From Tubiluchus corallicola (taxonomy: Eukaryota > Animalia > Priapulida): DNA of 64,000 bases. The notes under the pieces were generated by a model. That model was not told the DNA's origin and did not search any database. It worked only from the letters and a program-made list of their open reading frames with translations. Below, piece by piece: positions 47,216-60,800 of the stretch. The number at the start of each line of letters is the position of its first letter. Within the stretch, counting starts at the first letter, position 1. The position numbers were made by a program, and so were the translations under genes. Location of the stretch: positions 39,742-103,741 of the forward strand of contig JAQGDQ010000346.1 of assembly GCA_030141605.1 (NCBI GenBank). Direction: 5' to 3'.

Positions 47216-49129
47216 TGAGTTCATCTATCCCAGCTCTTTTGTTATTTTTAGTGACTTTACTGTTCGTTGTATTCCATTTCCTGTAAAGGGGTTATCCATC
47301 GTTTTGCATCCTGATTGTACTGAATGTTGTTCTTTACTATCACTTCACTATATACTTTACTATATGACTTCAGCCTTGTCATGAAATACAACCACAACAG
47401 AGTACAATATTAGAAATCTTTGAATAACTGAAACATCGCGTTTACACAAAGGTTTCTCACATTTCCGACGCGGTTATATTTCTCGAGAACTCAAAAGGCT
47501 GAAGTAATAATACAGTTACATACTGCAACTTTATACAGCATAGTTTAGTAACTTATTAATGAGTACACCTCAAACATCACCGAATGTGAATCCAGAGACA
47601 ATAGGGCACTAGTCAGTGTTCCTTGTCAAAGCTTGTTTTGTCAGTTCCTCATAGTGTTTTGGTCAGTGTTGTTGTGTTTTTTATGAGATTTATTACAAGT
47701 TTCTAAAAGTTAATTATACGGCACTTAATTACAAGTCAGTCGTTCGCCTTCTTTAAGACCATTGACGTCAATAACTGACGTTAAACTTGCAGGCCTAATT
47801 AGAAAGCGGTTTTTATTTTATGCTACTTTAGTCTTTCTTTTGCGTCATATGTGGAATCTCGTTTATGTGTGAATTTCAAATTTGGTAATGAATGATGTAT
47901 ATAAATCCATTATTATTGTGATGTGACGTTAGGCGGATGAATTGTGAATTCTCCTACTGATCAACCTTAATTAGTTCTAGTGTAAGTTAAACTTATATAT
48001 AGACGCAAATAAATTTTGTAGAAGTGATTTGGATGGTTGTAAACTGTCAAAACGTTTGTCGTAATTTACTGTTATGTATTTGTCTTGAACTATGTGACAT
48101 AAATTATTGTGTTTTTATAGGCCACAGTAGGATCTATATTAGACTGTAAAATAATCAGATTCTTCAATATGCATTAAGTCGACAGTTTTGCAAATGTTTT
48201 CCAAATTTCGTTGGTATACCTTTGTCTTGTGCAAAGGCTTAAAACTGATATTAAAGTGGAAGAAAGTTAAAACCTAAAGTGTGACACATTAACGATGTGA
48301 CAGAATAAACCTTGCTTGTCATTTGTAACAATTAAATTGCGTTGTGTGCTTTTTATTTAGAAAACTAAGATAGATTAATGTTCGTTTTCCTCTACACAAC
48401 ATCACGTTAACTAAGTCAGGTGTAGGCCTAGATGGCATCAAGATTAAGGGAAATACATTTTTTACAATTATTAGCGCCGAAAATCTCTTTCAGTTTTACC
48501 CTTTTTGCGACAAAGATTTATTGGGAAATCGGCCAAAAATACTACAAATAAACCTATGCAAATTTCATAAATTACGCAGAAAACTAACTGGGCCTCTATA
48601 AGTTGTACTTGTAGCATTTACTGATTAAATATTAGAGCTGTTTATTAGAAATACCGAATTACAAATATTTCTACAACTATCTCCCAGCCCTCTTCTGAAG
48701 TTAAACGCATAAACTGTGTGACGTTTTCTTCTCGTTTCGTTTTATTAAAAATAATCGACAAACAAAGTAATTGCATAATTTTCACAGTTATAAGAGAAAG
48801 TTAATCTTCTCAAAACGCGCGAGATTTTCTTGCTCCCCACATTTTTTATGCATCGGCTTAAGTAGAAAATAATCCCTTCCAAGCGGATTAATTACTAAGC
48901 GCGTTAATTAACCAAGAAATTAATTAACTAAGAAACTAAGAATAAAATTAACAACTGAATTTTAGATTATTTTCCAATTAACAAAAGCAGAAAAGAAAAA
49001 GAAAATTTAATTTAAGTGTCTTTTAAACGAATCTTACAAATTTGAAGCCAATTCACCCGTTAAGTCGCGAAAAATTTATAATATTTTGCATTATTTACTA
49101 GATGGGCAGCAACATTTCAGCTAGGTACC

Positions 49130-49340
49130 GCATTAATGATTATAATCAGTTGCGGAGGACACGACATCACCAATGTAAATATGTAGGCAAGACAAGAAAT
49201 CTTAGCAGATGGACTGATGAAAAACAACAAGCAATAGACGCATTATAGAATCATAATCGCATTTTGGCTTTTCTACTGAACAACTCCAAGATCATTCAAA
49301 GACATTGTGTTCAATATTTGACAAAAATAGATGCCATGTC
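49130..49340 (+). mobile_element. Possible Penelope-like GIY-YIG endonuclease remnant
   Basis: Short CKYVGKTRNLSRW motif resembling YxGxTxRxLxxR; otherwise degenerate. Confidence 0.3.
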
Positions 49341-52300
49341 ATTCAAAGGTAACCTGTGACACTTTTTTACATTTGTCCACTCCAAGCATGCTGCAAGTAC
49401 AGGACAATCTATTGTCAGACATTTCGTTTTTGTGGGCAAAAAATCCTAGTATCTTGATGGGCCTACTACTGCAATGCTAACATGCTTTCGTTGGATTAAG
49501 AAACCGCGAATCATATCTTTTTCAGACTATCGTTATGAAATCCAGTCTGCTTGCTTTTAGCTGCTTCCTGTATATTGTTATGATAATTCCTTGATGAGAT
49601 CATAATTCTAAATCATAATACCCTAAGCAAGGTGTTTTCCACATTATAGCCTGCCTCAGACGTTGCTCAGACTGCCAGGTGTTCCATACCACAATGTGAC
49701 CTACAGTGTGGATGTGCTAGCCCTTTGGCTAGTTTTGAAATATTTTGTACCCGCAGTTTATAGCTATCATCATAACCTGTCATTGAAGTTAATAACTCAA
49801 CAAGCTACACAAATGTGGTCATTTATTTATTTGACTGCATTTGATGAAGTTATTTTACCGCATGTTGCAAAGGGTATACCTGCGCATACTGTATACCAGC
49901 TATAGACCCACCATGTTACTGATATATGTTTTTTGTGATGCAAAACGAACAAAAAATTAACAAAAGATTGCCTCGACGTAACTCCTATGAAATTATTACT
50001 CGAATTAACCCTTAAAACGCCATTATTTGTAAACAGAAAGTCCATTTTGCCAACAAAAGTTCACGTTTAATTTACGTAAATTTGATTTTACTTTTAACAC
50101 TTTATAACTTGAATGAAAAAAAATCAAGTTACTTTATGATAAATAATTTGCAACAATGGTACAATGCCAATGAGACTACTCGATATTTTAAGAAACTCCG
50201 GTGTAAGGCCGCAGAGTGACCCAAAAACACATGCGATTCCAGGTTTTTAAAATTCGAAAATCACGATAAGTGTTTGCATGAGGTTAACGTAATAATTTCG
50301 TGAAATTATACTAGTTACATGCTGCGTAGTAATCTAGTCTTCAAAATGCGACACGACGACGCCAAGTTGTAACTTCTGGTCTATTTATGTTACTCCAATA
50401 ATAAAACTATGATACTAGCATGACCTAAGCATGAAAAGTAAGAACGATTTTATAAGCTTCGCGTGCCACAAGGCTGTGAAACATTTTTACTGCGTTGCAA
50501 ACACACGCAGTTAGCTGTAAGCAACATTCACATTTAAAAAACATTCAAACCGATTGATTGTGATTCGCATCTAGTCGAGGGAAAAGTCACATTATTTTTT
50601 TAACGTGAACAATACTATAACTCTACGTTTTTCTTAGGCAGTTAGGTAGGTAGACAGACAGGCAAGCAAGCAGTCGGCTAGGCAGTCAGGCAAACAAACA
50701 GACAAACAAACAATAGACGGGTCAGTGAGCTTTTGAATTATATGGTTTGTGGCCAAGTTTTGTTGTAGATGTGGATTAGCTTACACTTTTAAATCATATA
50801 TCGACGTACATTTATGGATTGGAGTATCTAGTGGGCTTATGTGAACTTAGACGATGTCTTGTTGATTGGAAGTTGGTTAATTGTTATCAGTCGACATTGT
50901 CGTCAAAAACTATTTAACCTCGTTATAGGCAATGGCTATTTTTAGAAGTTGCGTGTGACACTTATGCTAATACTATCTCAGCATTTTGAGGCGGTATGCC
51001 CCACATTTTTAGCAGTCATTCACTGTTGGTGTTGCCACTAAGTATCTTGACATTGATGTGTTAACTGTCACTAGAGAAGGATATTGCTGTACCTTGTAAA
51101 CTTTCACGAAAATTACCACATATTGCACACTTACCGTTTAATCTGTTGTTTGACTGCAGTTGATCTGTATCTCGAGCTGACCAAATACGAGTAAGCCCTC
51201 AAAAATAATTTCTCGTTTTTAATTTTCGTTGCATGAGTAATTTCGTCTGTTACCATTTCAAAATCTTTTCTTTTCTACCATTAGAATTCATACAGCAGAT
51301 ACTAATTACTTAATTGATACTATTTTTGGAAATGCTTTTGTGTTAAAAATCGTTAATCCAACTGTCTTGACAAAAGGTGGTGTAATACATATAGAGCTCT
51401 CCCAGTTATTCCCAAAAATTTTAGTTCATTTACACCTGCTTATTCTCAAACATTTCGCTTTGTCTGTTAAAAAAATAAAAAGTTTAGTAAACTGAGAAAG
51501 TAAAATATTTTTCTTAATTTAAGTTCAAAGTCTTCATTTGCTAAATCGGTATGACTCATGCTAACCTATTCGACCGGAATCATTATGGCATTATACTGTG
51601 GCAATTAATAATGTTTATCTGAGTATTCGGTAGTTTCCACCTTTATAGTTATTTGCTTGGTAATCAGTGACCACTCACGGTAACGGCTATAATTACAAAA
51701 AGTAACAAGACTGAGTGAATTTAGCTCCAAATCTGCGAGATGCCGCGACCGTGTTTACACCTGACTATATCTGATCGAGTGTGGTTAAGTCGTGTCAAAA
51801 CTTCGTCAGGCTCAAAAGTGTGTGTACACTGTTTCTTGCACCGTGCACGGGCTTTGAGTTAACTGCGTCACTTAATCACTCGATATGGACACGTCCGCTT
51901 TTTGGAAAAAAAAATAGTTAACACACGGCTACACATACACGGTTACCCACACATTCAAAAACATTGACTAAGGTGTCTACCCTGCTAGTTTTGTGTCTAC
52001 TTACCACAGTTTAGAGTTATTCAGTGTTACGCATTCTGGCTCCTATCTCGGGCCCTTAAAGAATCCCTGCTTTTTGAAAGTCCAGCTACACACCAACCCC
52101 ACATTAGCTAAATACTCAGATAAATGGAATTTATCTCAAAGCCTTATGAGGAATTGAATGGCAATCGAAAAACTGATCGATGCTAGTGTTCACCACACCA
52201 ATTTCAAGACCCGTGCTGCATATATATCTATCCTCTAAGTTTCTTGACTCTAGTCCTCTGCTTTTGTGAGTTAAAATAAATTAAAAAGTGTAAAACTGGA

Positions 52301-55021
52301 TGACTAACATAATGAAATGAAAAATCGGCTTATGTGTTCTCCTAGATCCGGACGCCAGCGGTCGCTTATAAAAATATGAATAAACGGTCCAGTCATATAG
52401 AATAGTTGCAACCATGAAGTCCTATGTTAACAGTAGGAGCGCGATTATATTCTTTAAGTAACTAAGATAGCACTTGCAGTTGCTTAGAACATAAAAAATA
52501 TTCTGATAAAGATTTCCGCACGTAAGCGACCCGAGGGAAAATATGATTTGAAAGTAGCTATTCTGCATTTAGAAGTGTTCAGGATAATGTCAAACTACGT
52601 AAAAAATAACTAAAAATGGCGTAACAGACGTATCAGTGACAGACTTTGTTATTTTGGGTAATAATTATATTTCTAATATTAAGTTACGCATAGTATTAGC
52701 TATTTTATGCAGAATGCAGAAAACCTGGCGCTTTATTCTGGTACTTTACAAGTTATATAGGGAAATTTTGTTTGTGTAGTGTTACATTTTAAGGTTATTA
52801 CCTGCCGTTGCATAAGGCGCACAACATTGGCAATTTGGTGCTCTTTGGGCAAGCAGCATAATATAAATTATGAAATGAGCTTAAATCCATCAGAAATACG
52901 ATTGTTGCATAGTGTGGTACCGCCAAATCAGTTACCTAGTCAACTAGCCGTTTTATTTTTTTGCAAATAAATCCGCATTTTTTAAACAAAGTATTAAATT
53001 TCATAAGAAGCGTAACTGCGAACGTCTTAGCCAGCCCTCGCAACGACATTACGGTGCTTAGCCTTATACCCGCCCAGCGACCTCAATCTAATCAAAGGCT
53101 TATTTTCGTTATAAAAAATCACAAAAGCGGGCTTTGTCATACGAACTTGCGCGGTTTAAAATGCTACTTTTTCTTTTTGTAAAGCCAAAAATAACACTTT
53201 ATCTGCCCTACAGAGATTTTGGTCCTTTCTTAGCTTAGGTCAGTGATCGACATTGGCCTCCGAGTTGTTGGAGTGGGAGGGTCGCCAAGAAGTGCAAAGT
53301 TTATTGGAGGAGTTACCATATCAGAGTTTTAAGAAATAAAACATGATATCTAAGGCGTGAAAATTTAGCTTTCACATTTTAATGTTAAGCAATTTAAATT
53401 TGTTTTTTTAAAAGTAAGTATATCGAAATAATTCCAAAATTACCAAAGTAGCCAAACATCTCCAGACTGTCCCTAACGCCACCCCTAGCACTCAGTTGAG
53501 ATACAACAGGGTGACATATAACCTAAAATAATACTGTTATTATCTTTGACATAACTGTGATATGAATGAAATTTTCCGCACTGTTTTTCTTACGTGACAT
53601 TTCTGCAAAAATTATTATCAGCGCTACGCCGGTGGGTACACAAAGAGTTATACGAGTGAGTTAAAACGATCTTTACCAGGGCATGAAAATTTTTTCGTTT
53701 ACACTTTAGCGTAATAGGCTTACTAGCTATACCACTATACAACAATAACATCGGCAGTTGGACTGTATTTGTTAGTTGCGCCGACTGCAGTAAGTCAGCA
53801 AAACAATAAGTTCACAGTTTTCAACCTAACAATATATGAATCAGTCAGTTAAAATTATTATATTTAATGATGACAAACTTAGACTCTCGACAACATACTT
53901 TAATCACTTTAGTCATGTACAGCTAGTAGTTCCTTTCTCAACAGTCTAATTCGGATTAAATTTCAACATGTTGGCCCTTTCACGGAATTAAAATTGTTTA
54001 TTTGCAAGCTATATTCTACCTATAACGAATTGTCGCAAATACTCTTACTGTGAGCATTACATTGTATTTCATTTTTGACTCTACTAACTACGTAAAAGCA
54101 TTAACGTTAAAGCAAGCGCCATGAGCAACTGAGTACCAACATACCTGTTTGGAGGCTGTAGATATTATGCGTAAGTGAATGATAATTTGTTTTCGTAATT
54201 AATCAAGTTGATTTTGAAGGTCACGTATAGGTAATGCAAACTAATGAGTTGGCTTCATGTGTACAGCATACTCGTGGCTTGTGTGCTGAGAAAGCAGTAT
54301 GTGGGCTTTTCATAGTAAAATTAAGAATGACGTATGTAATGTTTTTCAGCTCGCTGAATATCAGCTCCTCCGAGATGCCAAATAAAAGCAAACAAACCGA
54401 ATTGCCTAGGGAAGTTATTAGATGTGATTGTACAACTGTTTTTAATTATTTTTCCCATCAAAGTTGACTACAAGACAAAATAACAATGATAAATACGTGT
54501 TTACCTAATTCCTAGTGTTGTGATTATGTAATTATTATTAATTATCATATTTTAATACTCACAAAATGGTTTCCTCCGAGTTTTTTTAAGCAAAATCAAT
54601 TTATTGACTGAGTGATGGTTTATTGACTAAAAAGAATTAGATAATGCAGATCAGTATCATAATAAAAACTTTTTTAGTCCAGTTAACACTTCCTACCTTT
54701 GGCCTTGGACACGCTTGGGAAGTCCTGTTATTGTGTACATATTCTACTACATATTCTCTTTGTGTGCCTTTTACATATGAAGTCTCTACCAAAATAAATA
54801 GTATAAGATATATAGTTACATAATAATACATAATACACAAAGTTATAACTTATAGCAGTGAATCTGCTATTTGGAAATTTTGACTTCAACAGAAATAACA
54901 CAGTTACAATTGTGTTGAGAATGAAAACTAGCGTGCGAACTCGATTTTTACCTTTCGGCATTTCTTTACGCCATCATTAGCAAAATACACGTCAGCCCTA
55001 CATACAAATAATAGAATTAGT

Positions 55022-55640
55022 AAATCAAATCAAATCAAATCAATTTATTTCACTCCAGCAATACATATATATATAATACATCAACATACAATATTATTGA
55101 AAAAAAAACAGTATAGGTAAAAAAACGTTGATGAAGTCAAATTAATGAAATAAAAGAGTTGCTGTACGACACCTTGAAAGCTTGGCTTGTTAAAGTGGCA
55201 GAAATGAGTGAATGAAAGAATGGTTAGGGTCAGAAGAAATGATGGAATGGAAAAAAATAGTATGATTAGGGATAGGAAGAAGGAAAAGAGGAGAGGAAAT
55301 GACCACAATCTGCAAAGTAATTGCAAAATACTTCGGATATTCAAAATTACAAATAAACAGCGGAGAAGCCATGTATTAGGCCGAATAACTAAATTTGAAA
55401 TTTGGTACAAGTAGTAAATAGCCATCATCACGCGCAACTAATCAAAGGCAAAAGTACATCTTTGCAATTACTAATTCTATAATTGTATATAGGGCTGGCA
55501 TATATTTTGCTGATATGATGGCATAAGGAAATACCAAAATATACAAAGCATCCAATAATTTGTATCTAATGTACAAACTAATCTTCAATAAAATATTCTC
55601 AGTGGCTGTTTGTAACTGTTTGTTATAACCATGAAGTCTC
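55022..55640 (-). mobile_element. Degenerate LINE 3' end
   Basis: Minus strand ends in AATAAA followed by a (TTTGA)n tail (55022-55050); upstream degenerate KLLDAL..VFPY-like residues. Confidence 0.4.
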
Positions 55641-57339
55641 ATTGTATAGTTTGAGGCTATAAACTGTTTTAATGTGATTCACTAAAATAATGACTAAATT
55701 TTTGACTCCATTTACATAATATCTATGGTATAACTGCAGCAATATTTACTGATTAATATTCATTATTGAGTAATAACAATAATTTTGTTTACATATGAGG
55801 TCTGGGAATGTTTACCGTAAGAGGCAAACGAATGAAAATAAACCTAATTTGTAAGTGAAAGTTTCCCACAATGAATAAAAGCACTGATAATTGACCACAT
55901 TGAATTTCAATTATTGCAAGTTGTATAGATGAATGCCGTACAACATCAGATATTCAGCTCCAAGAATAAGGATAGAGAGGAACTTTGGCTTGTAATGCGT
56001 CTTAAATGTAGAGTTTCTTTTTTTTACTTCCAGGCAGCAATTTTACAAATTGACATGTTGCTCCTCTTTTCAGAAGGGAATTATACAACAAACTTAGCAG
56101 AAAACATTGTGGCTTGCCAAAATAATTTATGTATAACTAAGACACAAATCTGTAATTTACACATTTCTTTAAATTGTTCCTCTCAATCAACTAAGCGGGC
56201 TGTGCACGTCTGAGTGGATTTGAAACCTGATATGTGTCAGTATCAAGAAGCCATCGTGCCAACCAGGTCAGTGTCAATGTTCTTTGCACTGACAGTGCAA
56301 CGTTAGTGGTATTTAATAGGAATCACATGTTAAAAAGCAAGCAAAAAAACGAAAAGCGAACCGCATTTCTAAAGGAATACTTACTTAGTGTCAAATTGAG
56401 TACGTTAATATTGTTGTACCAAAAAGCCCTATATAAAACCTAAGCAATAGTCAGCAGATCAGACTTATTACCTGCAGAAAGGTTTATTTTTTTCTTAGTA
56501 AACCATGTAATGTTAAATTATGAACCGATAGAGATAAAATGAACACAGCGTGTTAAATCCATTCCATTCTATAACTCTGTTTCTGTCAAAAAAATTTCAG
56601 GTTTCCAGCCAAGTTACCGAATATAAAAGAAACAGTTATGGGGGCAAGTTTTTATATAGCAGAGCGTGGCCTATTGAATATTAATGACATATTCTGCGAA
56701 TTAAATTACATATAACCACCAAACTTACATTTAACATAAAGGAATACAGGCTAAACTGTCCAAACACCCTAGAGTGTTTCCCCTACCTTTTTCTTAGAGT
56801 GATTCTGCTTTTCTGAAGTTTTTACTTTTGATCCTTTTTCAACATGCTACAAACTTCAGCTGTTTTTTCCCTCCGCATTGCAGCGAAATCTCGACCCTCG
56901 AGTGCATCAATCATCAGCCCAAGAGGACTGTCATTCGAGCATCGGCTGATATCCAGGGTTTCCCCGTCTGAGTTCTGGAGAATCTCTTCCAAGCCATTTG
57001 TTCAATTGCGTCATGTTGTCCTTGACTTAGCGAGTCTTGTTCTTACTTCAGTTTGAGTTTACTAGAGCAATTGATTCAGAGCAGAAAGATAATACATACA
57101 TACATACATATGGTTTCGAGATTAATCCCAGTTGAAATTTTAGACTGGGATGCTGAAGTGGGACTGAATTATGATGATTCATAGAAATGTATAAATGATA
57201 ATTGCATTATTATGCTATCACTTGTTGCGTTGCGCACATACTAAATTAGAAGAAACGATACTCTTCCATTTCATGATGTTTTGCGTTGTGTGTCATGTGT
57301 TGTTTAATACTCTAGGTTGTATTACAATGCATTACACTG

Positions 57340-57525
57340 CATTCTATTCTGTTCTGTTCTGTTCTATGCTGTCCTTTCCTATTCTATTCTATTCTATTCT
57401 ATTCTATTCTATTCTATTCTATTCTATTCTATTCTATTCTATTCTATTCTATTCTATTTCTTTCTCTCCTCTCCTCTCCTTTCCCCTCCTCTCCTCTCCT
57501 CCCGTCCCCTCCCTTTCCCTTCTCT
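57340..57525. repeat. (TTCTA)n pentanucleotide microsatellite followed by a CT-rich tract
   Basis: Directly visible attct repeats at 57381-57457. Confidence 0.95.
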
Positions 57526-58261
57526 AACTACCTTTCTCTTTCACACGGTTAATTGTCTGTTACTGGCGTAAAATGTCAATTTGGATTCAATGCCGTCAAT
57601 GTAAGACGACCTTTACTGCTCCTTGCCCCCATTCAAGCAAAACAGCACTTTAAGAGGCCATTTCTAAATTTCACAGAGCTTCGAAAACCGTGTGCTTGAC
57701 CTGACATATAGCAAAGCTACTTAGCTCTGACACAGGTCCCCACTCAGCTGCTATCCTTTCACCTGCTTCGAGCACATTAGGTTTTTAACACTTAAAAAAT
57801 AACAATTTGTACATGTGCTCGATTTTGTCAGCCTTTGTAAAATATCTACATTCTGTGAGTGTCATAAGCTTTGATCTTCCTCATAGTTTTTACTGACACT
57901 GCAGATCACTATCACTAGAGCACTATCACTTTCGCTTGATCAGTTTCGAACCCGGGAAACCTCAACTGTCTGCTCAACTGTTACTGGGGCAAGTCAGTCA
58001 AAAATAACGCCGTTTAAGTTTCCAGTTCAAACAAAAACTTCGCTATGAGAATATCGTCTTCCTAAGTGAGATGTTGTAAGATGGGGGAGTAGAGCAATAT
58101 GGGGAGTAAGGCTAGATGTTTAATGATCTGGGTTGTAAATGCCGCCAGAGAGGGTGGTTTCAGAAAACAGCTCATTGCAATGAAATTAACCGGAAATATC
58201 CCTTGCTTTTGTTGTGTAAAACAATAGAAGTTGGCATAGTAGCCGAATAACTTTTTATTTA

Positions 58262-59016
58262 ACAAATGTTTTGCACCATGTAGAGCATTGCCAGTGTTGA
58301 TGAAAATTCTAAATAATAAAACAACTTCAAGTACATCCTAAAAATAAACATACAATCCAGTTACAACGTATTCGATAATGAACTGTCTGCTGAAAAAAAC
58401 TTGTACTCTGTGAGTAACAAAGTACGTCTGGGACTATTGAGCAAATTGACATTACCGTTTAACGTTGTAGTAGTTTCAGACGTACTCTGTTACTCACTTA
58501 GTGTGCAAAATAAAGTGGTTGGTGAAAATACTTGTGCACGTGAGTAACAGAGTACGTCTGGGACTATATGAGCAAATTAACATTAACTTTTAACGTTGTA
58601 GTAGTTTTAGACGTACTCTGTTACTCACTTAGTGTGCAAAATAAACTGGTTGGTGAAAATACTTGTGCACTGTGAGTAACAGAGTACGTCTGGGACTATT
58701 TGAGCAAATTAACATTACCTTTTCATGTTGTAGTAGTTTCAGACGTACTCTGTTACTCACTTAGTGTGCAAAAAACTGGTTGGTGAAAATACTTGTGCAC
58801 TGTGAGTAACAGAGTACGTCTGGGACTATTTGAGCAAATTAACATTACCATTTAATATTGTAGTAGTTTTAGACGTACTCTCTTACTCCCCGAGTGTGCA
58901 AATATTTTCACAAACCAGTTTATTTTGAAATATGTTGTAACAGTATTGCATGTCCATTTTCAGGGTACTAATTTTCAGCAACATTGGCAATGCTCTAAGT
59001 GGAACGAAACGTTTGT
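58262..59016. mobile_element. Palindromic/foldback element with long diverged arms enclosing four tandem ~131-bp hairpin units
   Basis: Outer arms (tagagcattgccagtgttgatgaaaatt at 58281; aattttcagcaacattggcaatgctcta ending at 58997). Hairpins at 58410-58497, 58540-58628, 58672-58760 and 58802-58890. Confidence 0.85.
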
Positions 59017-60329
59017 AATGTAAATCAACAATGGGAATTTAAAGAATTCCACACAACCATAGACACTGAATACGTGGCAGAAACGTACAAGATAAAGCCG
59101 ATCTGTTGCTAGATCATCAACTTACGGAACATTGCAGAGCGTTTAATTCAAAGAATTCTAAAATTATTTAAATTTCTAATCTGTTTAAATGGAAAAGTAA
59201 ATAAAGTTTTCTTGTTATACGCTTTGTTGCTAAAGTATGGATGACTGTCATTTGTTCTCATTAGTTAATTCTACAGGGTAATTCCCCTATATTTTATAAC
59301 ATCAATAAAAGAAATGAACTTACAACTTGAACTACTTTACAGTATATAAAATAATTCCGCAAAAATTGTAGGTGTTCAGGAATTAATCGTTGATTTGACA
59401 AGCAGTAACAGTGTCAATTAAATAATGATCTATTATGCTTTCTACAAAAGTCTTTTATTATTTTTACAGTATCTTAATTCGCAGAACACAATGTCGACAC
59501 GGTAAATTACGCAAAATAAAAACTGTTGCTCCCTTTCTCAGCTGGCGTCTCTTTCTAATGAGTCAATGTCTCGGAATGCAAAGCCATGGATGGTTAGGTC
59601 TGGTGTGAGGTGCTTATTTCTAAATTGTTCGTGTTGTTATTCTAAATTTAGTATTTTGTGAGAGTACGCATATTAATTTTTTGTGTGTTCTAGGAACTTT
59701 GAAACGTTACTAGAAAGTTTAATTGAATTGAATTGGATTAATTTCAATTGAATTGAATTGAGTAGAACTAAAGTGAAATGAACTGAGATGAGCTGAATTG
59801 TAAAAGCACAAGAAAACCTTTTACTTACAAAAAGCTAAAATAATTCATCTTACGTTTTTTTAGGTATAAGGAATCCTCGACTTGTTAAATAGTATCAAAA
59901 TTTTATCAGAAACAAATAAACATGGTGCCTTCGAACTGTTTAGCCGTGCGTGGGCGTGTTGTATTTATGTGGTTCAGTACTTATAAAGTGTTGCTTTTGA
60001 ACTACCACAACTGTCGTGACAAGGATTACCGAATCTGGCAGGTACGACCCGCTGTAACACAAAAAGCGGGTAAATGTCTAAGTTAGTGTACGTCAAACTC
60101 GTAAAACTTTTTAACATAATGCAAACACGTGGGCGACTACTGCGTTCCTTTGCGTAATCCTATTTAAACAGGGTTATTTAATATGCCACTCCGATTTATG
60201 TGGGCGAAATGTTAGACTTGTTAAAAGGGGTTTGTAGATTTTTTGCGTATGCATGACTGCTTCACGCATAATTAGTGCGAAGGAGTTGTGATACTGAATT
60301 TTGCCCTAGGGCACTGGGTGAACATTCAC

Positions 60330-60800
60330 CAAGAAAAAACGAAAGAAAGAAAGAACAAGATAAGAAAGTAAGACAAACACAAAGAAGAGAAGAAACGAAC
60401 AGGAAAGGAGAGGATGGGAGGGGACAAAAGGGAGAGGAGGGAAGGGGATAGCACAGAAGGAAGGGAAGGAAGGAAAAAAAAGAAAAGAAAGGGAAGGAGG
60501 AAATAAAGGAAAAGGAAAAAGAAGGAACGGAACAAAACAAAACAGAGCAGAACAGCTGCAAAACGATTCGAATTGAAAAGAAAAGTGAACGGGTTGTAAG
60601 AAAAGGGAATAAACATGTTTTCTGAATGCGTTTATTGGGTTTTGGACAACTAGTCAAATGGACCTGTAGCCTAAGTATGAAATACACAACTATATATGTA
60701 ACTAACTCGCACTAACAGAAAATATCAATTATATCATTCATTCATTCATTCATTTGTTTGGTCATTCGTTTAGTCATTCATTCATTCATTCATCCATCCA
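60330..60800. repeat. Purine-rich low-complexity tract and (ATTC)n microsatellite
   Basis: GA-rich at 60330-60550; attc repeats at 60736-60800. Confidence 0.85.

Noticed and set aside
46143-47384. 413-aa ORF as a host gene
   Set aside because: The core is a truncated RTE ORF; both ends are read-through into flanking DNA, and the RT catalytic core is missing.
58410-58890. CRISPR-like palindromic repeats
   Set aside because: The sequences between the palindromic arms are themselves near-identical between units, so they are not spacers.
57195-60687. Hydrophobic ORFs at 57195-57571 and 60262-60687
   Set aside because: Derived from (TTCTA)n and purine/pyrimidine low-complexity tracts.
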